Positions 1 to 11,726 of a stretch of 63,986 bases of DNA are shown in pieces. Every line of letters begins with the position of its first letter. The stretch's first letter is position 1. The translations under genes were made by a program, and so were the position numbers. The notes under the pieces were generated by a model that was not told the origin of the DNA, did no database searches, and saw only the letters and a program-made list of their open reading frames with translations. This DNA comes from Malacoraja senta. Its lineage: Eukaryota. The stretch is taken from the NCBI GenBank assembly GCA_038087875.1, contig CM075987.1:26166001-26229986 (forward strand). The letters run 5' to 3'.

Positions 1-332
1 TGTTTCGTCAAAACGGATAATACGACAAGATTCTAGAACCAAGGGTGTCGGAAACTCATTGGTGGACCAGTATTATATTTACACATCTGTTGTGGTGCTG
101 CAAATACTGTAAGAGATTCATTGTTAAAGCACTGTTGACTCTTGACTCTATCTCTCGTTTCCCTTTCCCCTGACTAACAACCTGAAGAAGGGTCTCGAAT
201 CGAAACGTCGCCCATTCCTTCTCTCCAGAGATGCTGCATGTCCCGCTGAGTTATATATCATCTGTGAGGAGGTATTGACATCTGATCTTAACTTGCCCCT
301 CGTGATTTACAACGGTTTAATTTGCCCTCAAT

Positions 333-1190
333 GCGCGGTGGCCCAGCGGTAGAGTTGCTGCCTCACAGCGCCAGAGACCCGGGTTCGATCCTGACTACGG
401 GTGCTGTCTGTACAGAGTTTGTACGTTCTCCCCGTGACCTGCGTGGGATTTCTCCGGGTGCTCCGGTTCCCTCCCGCATTCCAAAGACGTGCGGGTTTGT
501 TGGCTAATTGGCCTCTATAAATTGTCGCTACTGTGTGTAGGGTCAAACTAGTGCACGGCTGATCACTGGTCAGAGTGTCTCTGACGATCCTCCACTGCTT
601 CTACTCAGCGGCTGTGGAAAGCATCTTGTCCGGAAACATCACAATCTGGTTTGGGAACTGCTCTGCCCAGGACAAGAAGGCTCTGCAGAGAGTAGTGCGT
701 TCGGCCGAATGCACAATGGGAACTACACTCGCCCCCCTGCAGGAACTATACATCAGAAGGTGCAGATCCAGAGCCAGCAACATTATGGGGGACCCCTTCC
801 ACCCCAGCAATGGACTGTTCCAGCTGCTACGGTCAGGCAAACGCCTCCGTTGCCATGCTGTGAAAACAGAGAGGATAAGAAGGAGTTTCTTCCCAGAGGC
901 CATTAGGACTGTAAACTCCTATCTCACCAGGGACTAACTTACTGAACCAAACTACCATTGTGTTGTGTCTTTTTCAAATTGCTGTTTTTTCTTTTTTTCC
1001 TCCCACAAATATGTAATTACCGATTCTGTTCCATTCTGTTTTGTAGCTTTTTTGCGCTTTGCCACTTTTCATTTCACTGCACATCTCGTATGCGTATGTG
1101 ACGAATAAACTTGACTTGACTTGACTTGGTCGGCGTGGACCCAGTGGGCCGAAGGGCCTGTTTCCACACTGTATCTGTAAACTAAGCTAA
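333..1190 (+). mobile_element. HE1/V-SINE-like tRNA-derived SINE, split by a Rex1-like LINE fragment
   Basis: A box TGGCCCAGCGG, B box GGTTCGATCC, V-domain-like GGTGCTCCGGTT..CCAAAGAC; tail GGGCCGAAGGGCCTGTTTCC..CTAAAC resumes at ~1127. Confidence 0.85.
573..1126 (+). mobile_element. 5'-truncated Rex1/Babar-like (L2/CR1 group) LINE 3' fragment
   Basis: ORF 575-937 FYSAAVESILSGNITIWFGNCSAQDKKALQRVVR..DPFHP..SFFPEAIR; AATAAA plus (CTTGA)n tail; TGGTC duplicated at both ends. Confidence 0.8.
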
Positions 1191-1637
1191 GCGCTATTGT
1201 TTGATGCTATGCAGTTGGGGATTCAGCAGCTCATCTCCAAGAGCTGGAAAATGTACTCATTGTTCCAATGTAACTTTAGCAATCAACTTCACTGAATTGA
1301 TTGCAAAATTTGCTGAAAACATTTTGTTTGATTAACAGTAAACAAAAGAGTGGATGCAGCAAATTGCATCGTCATATAAATGTGTGATGCACAGATTCTG
1401 GAATGAATAATATCCCCATTACCTTTCAAAGTAATCACTCATTACTTGCAAATCTCCCATAAATCGGAGGCGATATTGAAGTCTGAAGATGCCTATTACT
1501 TGCTTCTAAATATTTGCTAGTTTTATTGCCTATATTTAAAGTCTGCAAGAATGCATGTTTCACTTTTGGGAGACGTTACGATAGATATTTGTTGTCTCGC
1601 AGATATGATGGAAATTAAGTAGAAGGTTTAAAAATTA

Positions 1638-1947
1638 GGGTGGCATGGTGGCGCAGCGGTAGAGTTACTGCCTTTCAGCGCCAGAGACCCAGGTTCGATC
1701 CTGACCACGGGTGCTGCCTGTACGGAGTTTGCATGTTCTCCCAGCGACCTGCGTGGGTTTTCTCCGGGTGCTCCGGTTTTCTACCACAGACATGCAGGTC
1801 AGTAGGTTGATTGACTATGGTAAAAAAAATTGTAAATCATTCCTTGTGAATGTAGAATATTGTTAGTGCGCGGGGATCGCGGGTCGGCGTGGACTCGGTG
1901 GGCTGAAGGGCATGTTTCCGCGCTGTATCTCTAAACTAAACTAAACC
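1638..1947 (+). mobile_element. HE1-like SINE, full length
   Basis: A/B boxes, V domain, (CTAAA)n tail. Confidence 0.9.
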
Positions 1948-2053
1948 AAAGTGTGTTCGAGATTGCAACAACGTTCTGAATTTAAAAAAATTATCCCCCC
2001 TCTCCTATTCATCACCTTAACCCTCTCCCTTCCATGCTAGGTAGATAGATCGA

Positions 2054-2400
2054 TCTGAAGAAGGGTCTCGACCTGAAATGTCACCTATTCCTTCTCTCCA
2101 GAGATGTTGCCTGACGCGTTGAGTTACTCCAGCATTTTGTGCCTGTCTTCGGTTTAAACCAGCGTCTGCAGTTCCCTCCTACACATTTTATGGTCACATG
2201 TACTGTGAAGTTACAGTTAAAATCTTTGCTTTGACCTCAACGCACCAACAGAGTTACAAAAGTACCCCGAAATTTGAAGGGTCTCGACCCGAAACGGCGC
2301 CTTTTTCCTTTGCTCCATAGATGCTGCCTCACCCGCTGAGTTTCTCCAGCATTTTTGTCTACCTTCGATTTTCCAGCATCTGCAGTTCCTTCTTAAACAC
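2054..2400 (+). mobile_element. Two short Penelope-tail (hammerhead-like) units, 2054-2185 and ~2274-2400
   Basis: CTGAAGAAGGGTCTCGACC..GAAA..GATG(C/T)TGCC..CCAGCA..CTGCAGTTCC; the second unit lacks part of the core. Confidence 0.75.
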
Positions 2401-2899
2401 TGAAATATTGTTAGTCCCTTCTTTGCCCCCCCTTGATCTCGGCGCCTCCTCCCCACGCCACCGCTAAATAGTGGGGATGTGATGATAAAGGGGGGTATAA
2501 TGGAGGGCAAGAGAAATTAAGAAGGCAGTCTTTTACTTGAATTACGCATTTGCAGCTCAGAGACATTATCCCCTGCAGTAAGAGGATCTGATCGTGTAAA
2601 TAACACAATAGGAATGGAGAATCACAATGCAGTTCCAGGCTGAGATTAGCGCGTAGCCTGCATCTGATAGAACAGCAGAGAACATGAGCTTAGCCACAAG
2701 TTGGCTTCGCAGTCAGAGTCACAAATGGTGGAGGATTCAATTGAATTTAAATCACATCCCTGTCGCTGTTAACCTGCAACCCAGTGGTATGAAGATTGAG
2801 TAGGAAGGAACTGCAGATGCTGGTTTAAACCAAAGATAGACACAAAATGCTGGAGTAACTCAGTGATTCTATGACACTCGTCTAGGCCACATTCCACAC

Positions 2900-3958
2900 C
2901 AAAGAGCCAGTGGATGTAGTGTACCTGGACTTTCAGAAGGCATTTGATAAGGTCCCACATAGGAGATTAGTGGGCAAAATTAGAGCACATGGTATTGGGG
3001 TAAGGTACTGGCATGGATAAAAAATTGGTTGGCAGACAGGAAACAAAGAGTAGGGATTAACGGGTCCCTTTCAGAATGGCAGGCAGTGACTAGTGGGGTG
3101 CCGCAAGGCTCGGTGCTGGGACCACAGCTATTTACAATATACATTAATGATTTAGATGAAGGGATTAAGATTAACATTAGCAAATTTGCAGATGACACAA
3201 AGCTGGGTGGCAGTGTGAACTGTCAGGAGGTTGCTATGAGGATGCAGGGTGACTTGGACAGGTTGGATGAGGGGCAGATGCATGGCAGATGCAGTTTAAT
3301 GTGGATATATGTGAGGTTATCCACTTTGGTGGCAAGAACAGGAAGGCAGATTATTATTTAAATGGTGTCAAATTTGGAAAAGGGGAAGTACAATGGGATC
3401 TGGAGGTCCTTGTTCATCAGTCACTGAAAGTAGGCATGCAGGTACAGCAGGCAGCAAAGGAAGCGAATGGCATGTGGGCCTTCATAACAAGAGGAGTTGA
3501 GTATAGGAGCAAAGAGGTCCTTCTGCAGTTGTACAGGGCCCCAGTGAGACCGCACCTGGAGTATTGTGTGCAGTATTGGTCTCCAAATTTGAGGAACCAC
3601 ATTCTTGCTATTGAGGGAGTGCAGCGCAGGTTCACCAGGTTAATTCCCGGGATGGCGGGACTGTCATATGTTGAAAGAATGGAGCAACTGGGCTTGTATA
3701 CTCTGGAGTTTAGAAGGATGAGAGGGGATCTTATTGAAACATATAAGAGTATTAAAGGATTGGACACGCTAGAGGCAGGAAACATGTTTCTGATGTTGGG
3801 GGAGTCCAGAACCAGGGGCCACAGTTTAAGAATAAGGGGTAGGCCATTTAGAACGGAGATGAGGAAAAACTTTTTTTCTCAGACAGCTGTGAATCTGTGG
3901 AATTCTCTGCCTCAGAGGGCGGTGGAGGCCAATTCTTTTGATGCTTTCAAGAGAGAGT
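2900..3958 (+). mobile_element. CR1 LINE ORF2 fragment (RT and C-terminus), frameshifted
   Basis: [65 protein letters not shown] motifs. Confidence 0.92.
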
Positions 3959-4469
3959 CTAACTGACATGGGGTATGCTGAGACTGAGACGGAGTATTTG
4001 CCAGCATCTTACCAAGTGAGGTTGATGTACCATGTCATTATCTCTCTTGCATGACTATGGCGAGGATTTAATCTATATTGCCATGGTAATCAGACTGATG
4101 CCACCTTGAATCATCTATTTATAAGTTACCTCAGAGATTTATGCACAGATGTGCTATAAATTTTAATTAGAAATGCTGTTTTTTTGAAAAAAATAAGCCC
4201 CCCTGCCTTATGCGTGATGAACCACCTGAGGTCTTAATTAAATCATAAGTGCCTTATAACAAAAACTTGCTTAGGCCCTTCATTTTGTTCCAGTCAGGAT
4301 CCAATTAGTAATCTATCCAGATTGAGTTTAGATTTATCGAAGTGTTATTTGTCATGCAATTTGCTTTCCTTTCAGAAATGGCCTTCCATTGACAGTGCCT
4401 TGAATTTTATTTGTCCCGTCTGGACCTCATATCTGTTTGATTTCTGTAACTCAGCTCCCCCTCCCATTC

Positions 4470-4800
4470 CGAATCCAACCTTTCTGTCCTGGGCCTCCTC
4501 CAAGGCCAGAGTGAGGCTCACCGGAAATTGGAGTAGCATCACCTCATATTTCGCTTGGGTAGTTTACACCCCAGCGGGTATGAACATTGACTTCTCCAAT
4601 TTCAGGTAGTCCTTGCTTTCTCCCTCTTTCCCAACCCCTTCCCAGCTCTCCCGCAGCCCACTGTCTCCGCCTCTTCCTTTCTTCTTCCCGAACCCCCCAC
4701 ACCCACATCAGTCTGAAGAAGGGTCTCGACCCGAAACGCCGCCAATTTCCTTCGCTCCATAGATGCTGCCTCACCCGCTGAGTTTCTCCAGCATTTTTGT
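4470..4800 (+). mobile_element. Penelope-like element 3' fragment (end of GIY-YIG region plus tail)
   Basis: CACCTCATATTTCGCTTGGG..ATGAACATTGACTTCTC and CTGAAGAAGGGTCTCGACCCGAAAC. Confidence 0.8.
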
Positions 4801-4905
4801 CTCTCCCTGAATCATAACATCATCACACACGTGAAGCTCATTCTGGTCTAGAAGAGTCCAGGTCTTGGTGCATCACAGTGGTGCAGCGGTAGAGTTGCTG
4901 CCTTA

Positions 4906-6285
4906 TGCCCCTGTCCCACTTAGACCATTTTTTAGGCGACTACAGGCGACTAGACTGTCGCCACATGGTCGCCAGGGGAGTCGCCTGTGTGGTCGTGAGT
5001 TGTCTCCTCAGTCACCCAAAGAATCGTAGCATTTTTCTGGTCGCCGATGGATTTTTAAATGTTCAAAACTTTTCGGCGACAGTTGGCTTGACGTAGGTTG
5101 TCGCCAGGTGCTGATGGACTAGGGGCGCAGCATTGACGGCAGCCACTGCCTGCAGCCTGCTCGTTTTTTCCATCTTTTTTTTATTTTTTAGTTAGTTTAA
5201 AGTCTGTTTTGGGGGAAACTTTAACTTTTCTATGTGGGGGAGGGGGGTAGGGTAAGGGGGGAAACTGTTTCCCAGTCGCTTCCTGGCGGGGACGCGACTA
5301 TTTCTCCAAGTCGCGTCCTCGCCCCCCTCCTCGCGGCCTACCACCTGGATCGGAGCGGCCTTTCCTGCCGGGGACCGGGAACCGGACCAGAGCTGCAACA
5401 GCGGCGGCGCAGCGCTGAATTCACCGCGGAGCGGGCGATGCCGACCTGGATCGCCGTTTGGAGCTCGTGGAGCTGCGGTTTGGGAGAGCTTCCAGCGCGG
5501 CCGGCGCTGAATAACATCACGGAGTCCTGGTGCCCTTTGCCGAGGGCCGCCAGCGCTGCATCTCTGCATCTCTGCATCTCTGCCTGGCGCGGCCTGCGGA
5601 CTTTGGGAGCCGCGGACTCCGGTAGGAGGTGGCCGACTCTGATGTCCAGGCCGCTGAGGTCCCCCAGCCCCGACGTCGGACTTACATCACCCCGGCGAGA
5701 AGGCCTGAACATCGTGCCGCCCGTAGCGGCGACTGCGGTGGGCTCGGGGAGGCCCCGACCACGGGTGAACATCGGGGAACATTAGAGGAAGATGACTGAC
5801 TTTGGTGCCTTCCCTCACAGTGGCTAACTTTGATTCTGCTGTGTGGGGATGTTTTATGTTGAACTCTATCGTGTGTTGTGTTCTTATTTTTATTGTATGG
5901 CTGTACGGTGACCACACATTTCACTGTGCCAACTGGCACATGTGACAAATAAAAAATAATTTCATTTCAATTTCAATTTCACTTTGGTGAATTCCATTGG
6001 CGACTACCTACGTCAACCTACGCCAACCTACGCCAACCGCCGACAGGTACCGGCGACTGAATTGCCTTACCTTGTCGTAGTTTGTCGCGGGTGGACGTAG
6101 GTTGTCGTAGGTGTGGTCGTAGGTGGACGTCCTAATGGGTCGCCGGTTGTCAGTAGCTTGACGTCGACTAGGTGATAGGTTGTTGTAGACATTGTCGTCG
6201 GGGGGTCTAGTCGCAGTTTTTTCGGCGACCTGCTATGCCTATGACAGTCGCCGACAGTCGCCGAAAAAATCATTTAAGTGGCCCA
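4906..6285. mobile_element. PIF/Harbinger-like MITE, interrupted
   Basis: Left TIR TGCCCCTGTCCCACTTAG, degenerate right TIR TTAAGTGGCCCA, TTA..TTA TSD; internal similarity to 10639-11058. Confidence 0.75.
5115..5981 (+). mobile_element. Non-autonomous GC-rich retroposon with LINE-like 3' tail
   Basis: Splits the MITE motif GGTGCTGA|CTTTGGTGAATTCC; ends TGTGACAAATAAA..(TTTCAA)n; homologous 3' pieces at ~9500-9610, 20510-20700 and 52125-52325. Confidence 0.7.
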
Positions 6286-6659
6286 TTACAGTGCTTGCAG
6301 CGTCAGAGACCTGGGTTCGAACCCGGCTACGGGTGCTGCCTGTCCGGAGTTTGTACGTTCTCACCGTGACCTGCGTGGGTTTTCCCCCGGGTGCTCAGGT
6401 TTCCTCCCACACTCCGAAGACGTAAAGGTTTGTACGTTGTACATTGTACATTGTACGGCTTTGATAAAATTGTTCCTAGTATGTGGGATAGTGCCAGTGT
6501 ACGGGGTGACCGCTGGTCGGCATGGCCTTGGTGGGCCGAAGGGCCTGTTTCCGTGTTTCCGTGCTGTATCTCTAAAATCCGAAGTTTTTCAGGAAGAAGA
6601 TATGGATTTTCAAGCCTTTTCTCAGAACTGATGTTTGCTCATCCCTTGAACTATCCAGA

Positions 6660-6950
6660 TTTAGTTGTTAGTTTAAGTTGGAGAAACAGAATGGAAACAG
6701 GCTTTTGGCCTACTGAGTCCACGCTGACCGTCAAGCACCTGCTCTATGCTATCCCACTTTCTCACCCACTCCCAACGCATTTGGGCCAATTTTACAGATG
6801 CCAATTAACCTGCAAACCCAGAGGTCTTTAGGATATGTGAGGAAACAGAGCAAATGTGCAAACTCTATAAAGATGGCACTCAAGGTCAGGATCGAACCTG
6901 GGTGTCTGGCGGTGTGAGGCAGCACCTCTACCTGCTGTGTCACTCTGTCA
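6660..6950 (-). mobile_element. Diverged HE1-like SINE
   Basis: Reverse-complement A/B boxes and tail. Confidence 0.7.
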
Positions 6951-7042
6951 CCCCTGAATATAAAAGGTGAATATCTAATGCAGCCTCTCCACAGTCTTCG
7001 TGAAGAGTGGTGACCAGGAGAAACATTCCAGTTGTGACTTGG

Positions 7043-7445
7043 TTTTAGTTTAGAGGTAGAGTGTGGAAACAGGCCCTTCAGCCCACTGGGTCAGCGCTGA
7101 CCCCAGCAATGCCCCCATGCTCTAGTTCTGTCCGAAGCATTAAGGACAAATTGCAGAAACCAATTAAGCTACAAACCTCCACACCTTTGGTATGTGGGAG
7201 AAAACCGGAGCACCCGGAGAAAACCCACAGGGTCACAAGGAGAAGGTACACACTAGGGACAATTTACATTTACACCAAGCCAATTAACCTACAAAGCTGT
7301 ACGTCTTTGTGGAGTGTGGGAGGAGGCCGAAGATCGTGTGGGAAAACCCACGCAGGTCACGGGGAGAACGTACAAACTCCGTACGGACAGCACCCGTAGT
7401 CGGGATCGAACCCGGGTCTCCGTGAGGGTCTCAGCTATGCCACTG
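7043..7445 (-). mobile_element. HE1-like SINE(s), chimeric or tandem partial copies
   Basis: V-domain segment occurs twice (7160-7250 and 7278-7385). Confidence 0.75.
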
Positions 7446-7827
7446 TACGTGCCATCCTAAATAAAAAAAGTAAATATCTTCTCCACAACGTTTGTAACGT
7501 CTGGTGACTGAATTAAAAACAGCATTCTCGTTGTGACCTCACCTCTGCTTTATAAAGGATCAACTCGACTGCCCTGCGTTTGTACAGTATTTCCTCTATT
7601 TATGCATCACAGCCTTCTGTATGATTTATTAACCACGTTCTTACCTACTCTGCCATTTCCAAAGTTGTGTGCATAAATATATCCAGCTCTCTACATCCCT
7701 GCACCAATTTATGATCGCGTTATTTAGCATCTCCGTGTCCTTCCTGACAGAATGTTTCATTTTCCACTTTGCTATTAGTTTTATCCAACATATCTGGGTC
7801 TAAGATAGACACTAAGTGCTGGAGTTA

Positions 7828-8158
7828 AAGCCCTGTCCCACTGTACGAGTTCATTCAAGAGCTCTCCCCGAGTTTGCCCTGATTCGAACTCGGAGATTTA
7901 CGGTAATGGCCACTCGTCGGTACTCGGGGCTCTTGTGGACATTTTTCAACATGTTGAAAAATCTTCACGAGTCTTCCCGAGCTTACCTGCCGTTAGCGAG
8001 TCTTCCCGAGTACCTGCCGTTAGCGTTACGAGCCGCTCAGAGACGTCCCCGAGCTCCGACATACCCGCTACGTTCATTCTACGTGCTTACCATGAGTTTG
8101 ATTTTTTTTTAAACTCGGGAGAGCTCTTGGAATGAACTCGTGCAGTGGGACAGGGCTA
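7828..8158. mobile_element. PIF/Harbinger-like MITE
   Basis: TIR AAGCCCTGTCCCACTGTACGAGTTCATTC / GAATGAACTCGTGCAGTGGGACAGGGCTA; flanks TTA and TAA. Confidence 0.85.
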
Positions 8159-8179
8159 TAATTCAACGTGTGTGATGTT

Positions 8180-9092
8180 TCGCTGAACACCTCCGCTCAG
8201 TCTGCCTAAAGGGCCTGTCCCACTTTCACGAGGTAATTCACGAATTCTCCCGAGTTTTCCCCATGATTCATACTCGCAGAATGTTCGTAACGAGTCCGTA
8301 GGAGGTCGTAGGAGTCCGTAGATATATCGTAGCGGCCCATTATGCTAGACGTAGGTACTCAGGGCATCAGGTAAGTCGGGACGTTTTTTTCCAGCCCGAT
8401 AAAAAATGTCCACGAGTAAAAAAATGGTCGGGATGAAAGAAATTGAAACTTTTTAATCATAAGGAGAGCATCGAAATAGTCGTGGGAATTCGTAGACATA
8501 CTCGTAGGAGTTAGTAGATTACCACGATCTTGATTTTTCTTTTTAGGTTCGTTAAACTCGGCAGAGGTTTTGAATTAAGTCGTGAAAGTGGTACAGGCCC
8601 TTAAACCTACCTGATCTCCTGGTTGCTCAACACTTTAACCCCCCCTCCAATGCCCACACTGACCTTTCTGTCCTGGGCCTCCTCCATTGTCAGAGTGAGG
8701 CCCAGCACAAATTGGAGGAACATCACCTTATATATTGCTTGGGCAGCTTACACCCCACTGGTATGAACATTGACTGCTCTAACTTCAAGTAACCCTTGCT
8801 TTCCCCCTCTCTCCATCCCCTCCCCCTTCCCAGTTCTCCCACCAGTCTGACTGTCTCCGACTACATTCTATCTCTGAATGCTTTGTTGTTACCTTCTCCC
8901 AACTAACGACAATCTATTCTACATTTTCCTTGATCTCCATTCCCCTTGCCCTGTTTTCACACCTTACACTACCCTATCTGTGTACCGCCCACTCCCCTGA
9001 CGGTCTGAAGAAGGGTCTCGACCCGAAACATCCTTCTCTCCAGAGATGCTGCCTGTCCCACTGAGTTACTCCTGCATTTTGTGTCTATCTTC
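8180..9092 (+). mobile_element. Penelope-like 3' fragment, split by a MITE
   Basis: FAEHLRSV..PDLLVAQHFN-like GIY-YIG C-terminal sequence; tail with hammerhead-like core at 9005. Confidence 0.8.
8210..8601. mobile_element. PIF/Harbinger-like MITE
   Basis: TIR AGGGCCTGTCCCACTTTCACGA; clean TAA TSD; removal restores host GCCTAAACCTACC. Confidence 0.9.
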
Positions 9093-9104
9093 GTGTCAGA
9101 TGTT

Positions 9105-9710
9105 TAGTTTAGTTTAGTTTATTGTCACGTGTACCGAGGTAGAGTGAAAAGCTTTTGTTGCGTGAGCGGAAAGACAATACATTTTTTTTATTTTTATTTA
9201 TCATTACACTTATGGGCGCCTTTCAAAGACTCTCAAGGATGCCTTGCAGATAAGCAGATTACAAAACATATAAGCAGAATAAAAAAAATAAAAAAAATAG
9301 TAGGGACATCAACAACATCACAATACACAAATCAAGGACAGAATTCATTCCAAAGGCAAAAAAAAGAAAATCAGAAACACAATTTGAGGCGAGAGCAGCG
9401 GCAGCTAAACCGCGCCAGCGTCCACTCTCCCCTCCGACCGCCATCTTGAACACAGACTAACAAAGACACAACACACAAAAATCATCCCCCCACAATGATT
9501 ACCACTGTGGGAGAAGGCACAATGTCCAGTCCCCAACCCCAGTTCACCCAAAGTCAGGCCTAATGAGGCCTCCGCTATTGCCTGTACGGAGGCCCGATGT
9601 TCCTGGCCGTTTTCACCAATTGTACATGATTATAATCGAGCCATCCACAGTGTAGATACATTATAGAGGGAATAACGTGAATGACATTTAGAGCAGGAAA
9701 AAGCCAGTAG
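9105..9710 (-). mobile_element. LINE 3'-tail fragment with a nested non-autonomous retroposon (~9182-9615)
   Basis: TTTATTGTCACGTGTACCGAGG tail resumes at ACATGATT ~9625; insert carries AAGATGGCG on the minus strand at ~9440-9450. Confidence 0.55.
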
Positions 9711-9837
9711 AGAATATCCTGAACGAGTATCTGGAATAAGATGCAGGAGCTTAAAAGCTCAGACGTTCTGAATTAAGAACTAAGAACAGTTTTGTTCCCT
9801 CGGCCAACTATAAAATGTGTTCTGCACTACCCACTAA

Positions 9838-10130
9838 GCACGGAGGCGCAGCGGTAGAGTTGCTGCCTCACCGCGCCAGAGAACCGGGTTCAATCCTGAC
9901 TACGGGCGCTGTCTGTGTGGAGTTTGCACGTTCTCCCCGTGACCTGCGTGGGTTTTATCCGGAAGCACCGGTTTTCCCCCACACTCCAAAGACGTGCAGG
10001 TGTCTGGGTTAAATTGGCTTCTGTAAATTCTCCCTAGTGTGTGCAGGATAGAAGTAGCGTACAGGGTGACCACTGGTCGGTGTGGAGTCGACGGGCCGAA
10101 GGGCTTGTTTCAACGCTGTATCTCTAAACT
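9838..10130 (+). mobile_element. HE1-like SINE
   Basis: A/B boxes, V domain, tail. Confidence 0.85.
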
Positions 10131-10554
10131 AATCTGTGAATTTATGAAATGTGCTTTGCCTTTGCCAGCCCCCACATCTTGTTTAAACAATAAACCAGCA
10201 CCTTCCACGTTGTGCCTTTTTCTCTGATGTTTGGATAATCTATAAATCTGTAAAAGCGCTTGTAAAAAATAAATAATTGCATTCTGTTTAGTGGAATTGA
10301 AGGTTGGACAAATGAGCACATTGAGATCCGGTATGACATGCCGAATGCCCACATAATTCTTCACTGGGGTGTTTATCGTAGCCCAGTAATTAAGCTGAAA
10401 TTGCTGATTGTGTCAATTAAAACAACTTCTTCTAAATTGAAAAATATTCTGACACTGATGTCCTTTCGTCTTTCACCAAGAATTATCTGTCAAGCTTGAC
10501 ACTTGCAGACGCAGTTTCCAGAGTAGAAATGATTTTCAAATTATCTTTGTCAGG

Positions 10555-11345
10555 AGGAACGGCGCCTCATATTTCGCTTGAGCGGCTTACAACCCAGCGG
10601 TGTGAAAATTGATTTCTCTAACTTTAAGTAACCCTTAATGGGCCTGTCCCACTAGGCGATTTTTTTTTAGGCGACTGTCATAGACGTAGCAGGTCGCCGA
10701 AAAACTGGCGACTGGACTAATGGGCCTGTCCCACTTAGGCGATTTTTTTAGGCGACTGCCGGCGACTAGGACAATGGAATTCACCGAAGTCAGCACCGGC
10801 GGCAACTTACGCCATCCTGGCGACAACCTACGACAGCACCTACGTCAGGAGAAGACAAGCCACGACAAGCCCACGGTCGCCGACTGTCGCCGAAAGGTTT
10901 TGAACATTTCAAAATCCAGCGGTGACCAGAAAGACGCTACGACTATTTGGGCGACTGAGGAGACGACTCACGACCGTACAGGCGACACCCTGGCGACCAC
11001 CGGCAACAGCCTAGTCACCGGCAGTCACCTAAAAAATCACCTAAGTGGGACAGGCCCTTTACTTTCCCTCTCTGTCTGTCCCTCCCTCTTCTACTGTCCT
11101 CCTGATTAAATATTACCGATTGCAGGCCTCGTTGTCACCTTCCCCTCAGCTAACAATGTACCATTCTACATTTCCTAGAACATCATCTGCTTAGATCTGT
11201 CAATTTCACACCTAACCCTTCCATATCTCTAGATTCCCTCTCCCCTGAATCTCAGTCTGAAGAAGGGTCTTGTCCCAAAACGTCACCCATTCCTTCTCTC
11301 CAGAGATGCGGCTGTCCCGCTGAGTTACTCCAGCATTTTGTTTCT
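10555..11345 (+). mobile_element. Penelope-like 3' fragment, split by a MITE
   Basis: EERRLIFRL-like sequence; tail with CTGAAGAAGGG at 11257. Confidence 0.75.
10639..11058. mobile_element. PIF/Harbinger-like MITE with two left ends (10639 and 10721)
   Basis: TAA-TGGGCCTGTCCCACT occurs twice; one right TIR AGTGGGACAGGCCCT. Confidence 0.8.
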
Positions 11346-11359
11346 ATTAGTTTCGTATT

Positions 11360-11648
11360 GATTAGAGATACAGCGTGGTCTCGGCCCACCAAGTCCGCAC
11401 CGACCAGCGATCCCTGGGCATTAACACTTTCCTATACCACACTAGGGACAATTTACACAAACACCAAGCCAATTTACCTACATTCTTGTATGTCTTTGGA
11501 GTGTGGGAGAATCTCGGAGAAAACCCACGCGGTCACGGGGACAACATACAAACTCCATACAGACAGCACCCGTAGTCGGGATCGAACCAGGGTCTCCAGT
11601 CCTGCAAGCGCTGTAAGGCAGCAACTCTACCGCTGCGCCATCGTGTCA
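11360..11648 (-). mobile_element. HE1-like SINE
   Basis: Reverse-complement head and body. Confidence 0.8.
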
Positions 11649-11726
11649 CCTTGATTAGTACAGGTGCCAGAGGTTATGGGGAGAAGGCAGGAGAATGGGG
11701 TTGGGAGGGAGAGATAGATCAGCCAT

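Larger units (their letters stand above)
4873..6578 (+). mobile_element. HE1-like SINE, outer host of a nested insertion
   Basis: Head 4873-4905 and body 6289-6578 join into one SINE across a TTA duplication. Confidence 0.85.

Noticed and set aside
1638..1710. tRNA genes
   Set aside because: The A/B boxes belong to SINE heads that run into the V domain; no complete cloverleaf was evident.
5192..5785. GC-rich ORFs or a CpG-island promoter
   Set aside because: They lie inside a nested repeat; long ORFs are expected at high GC.
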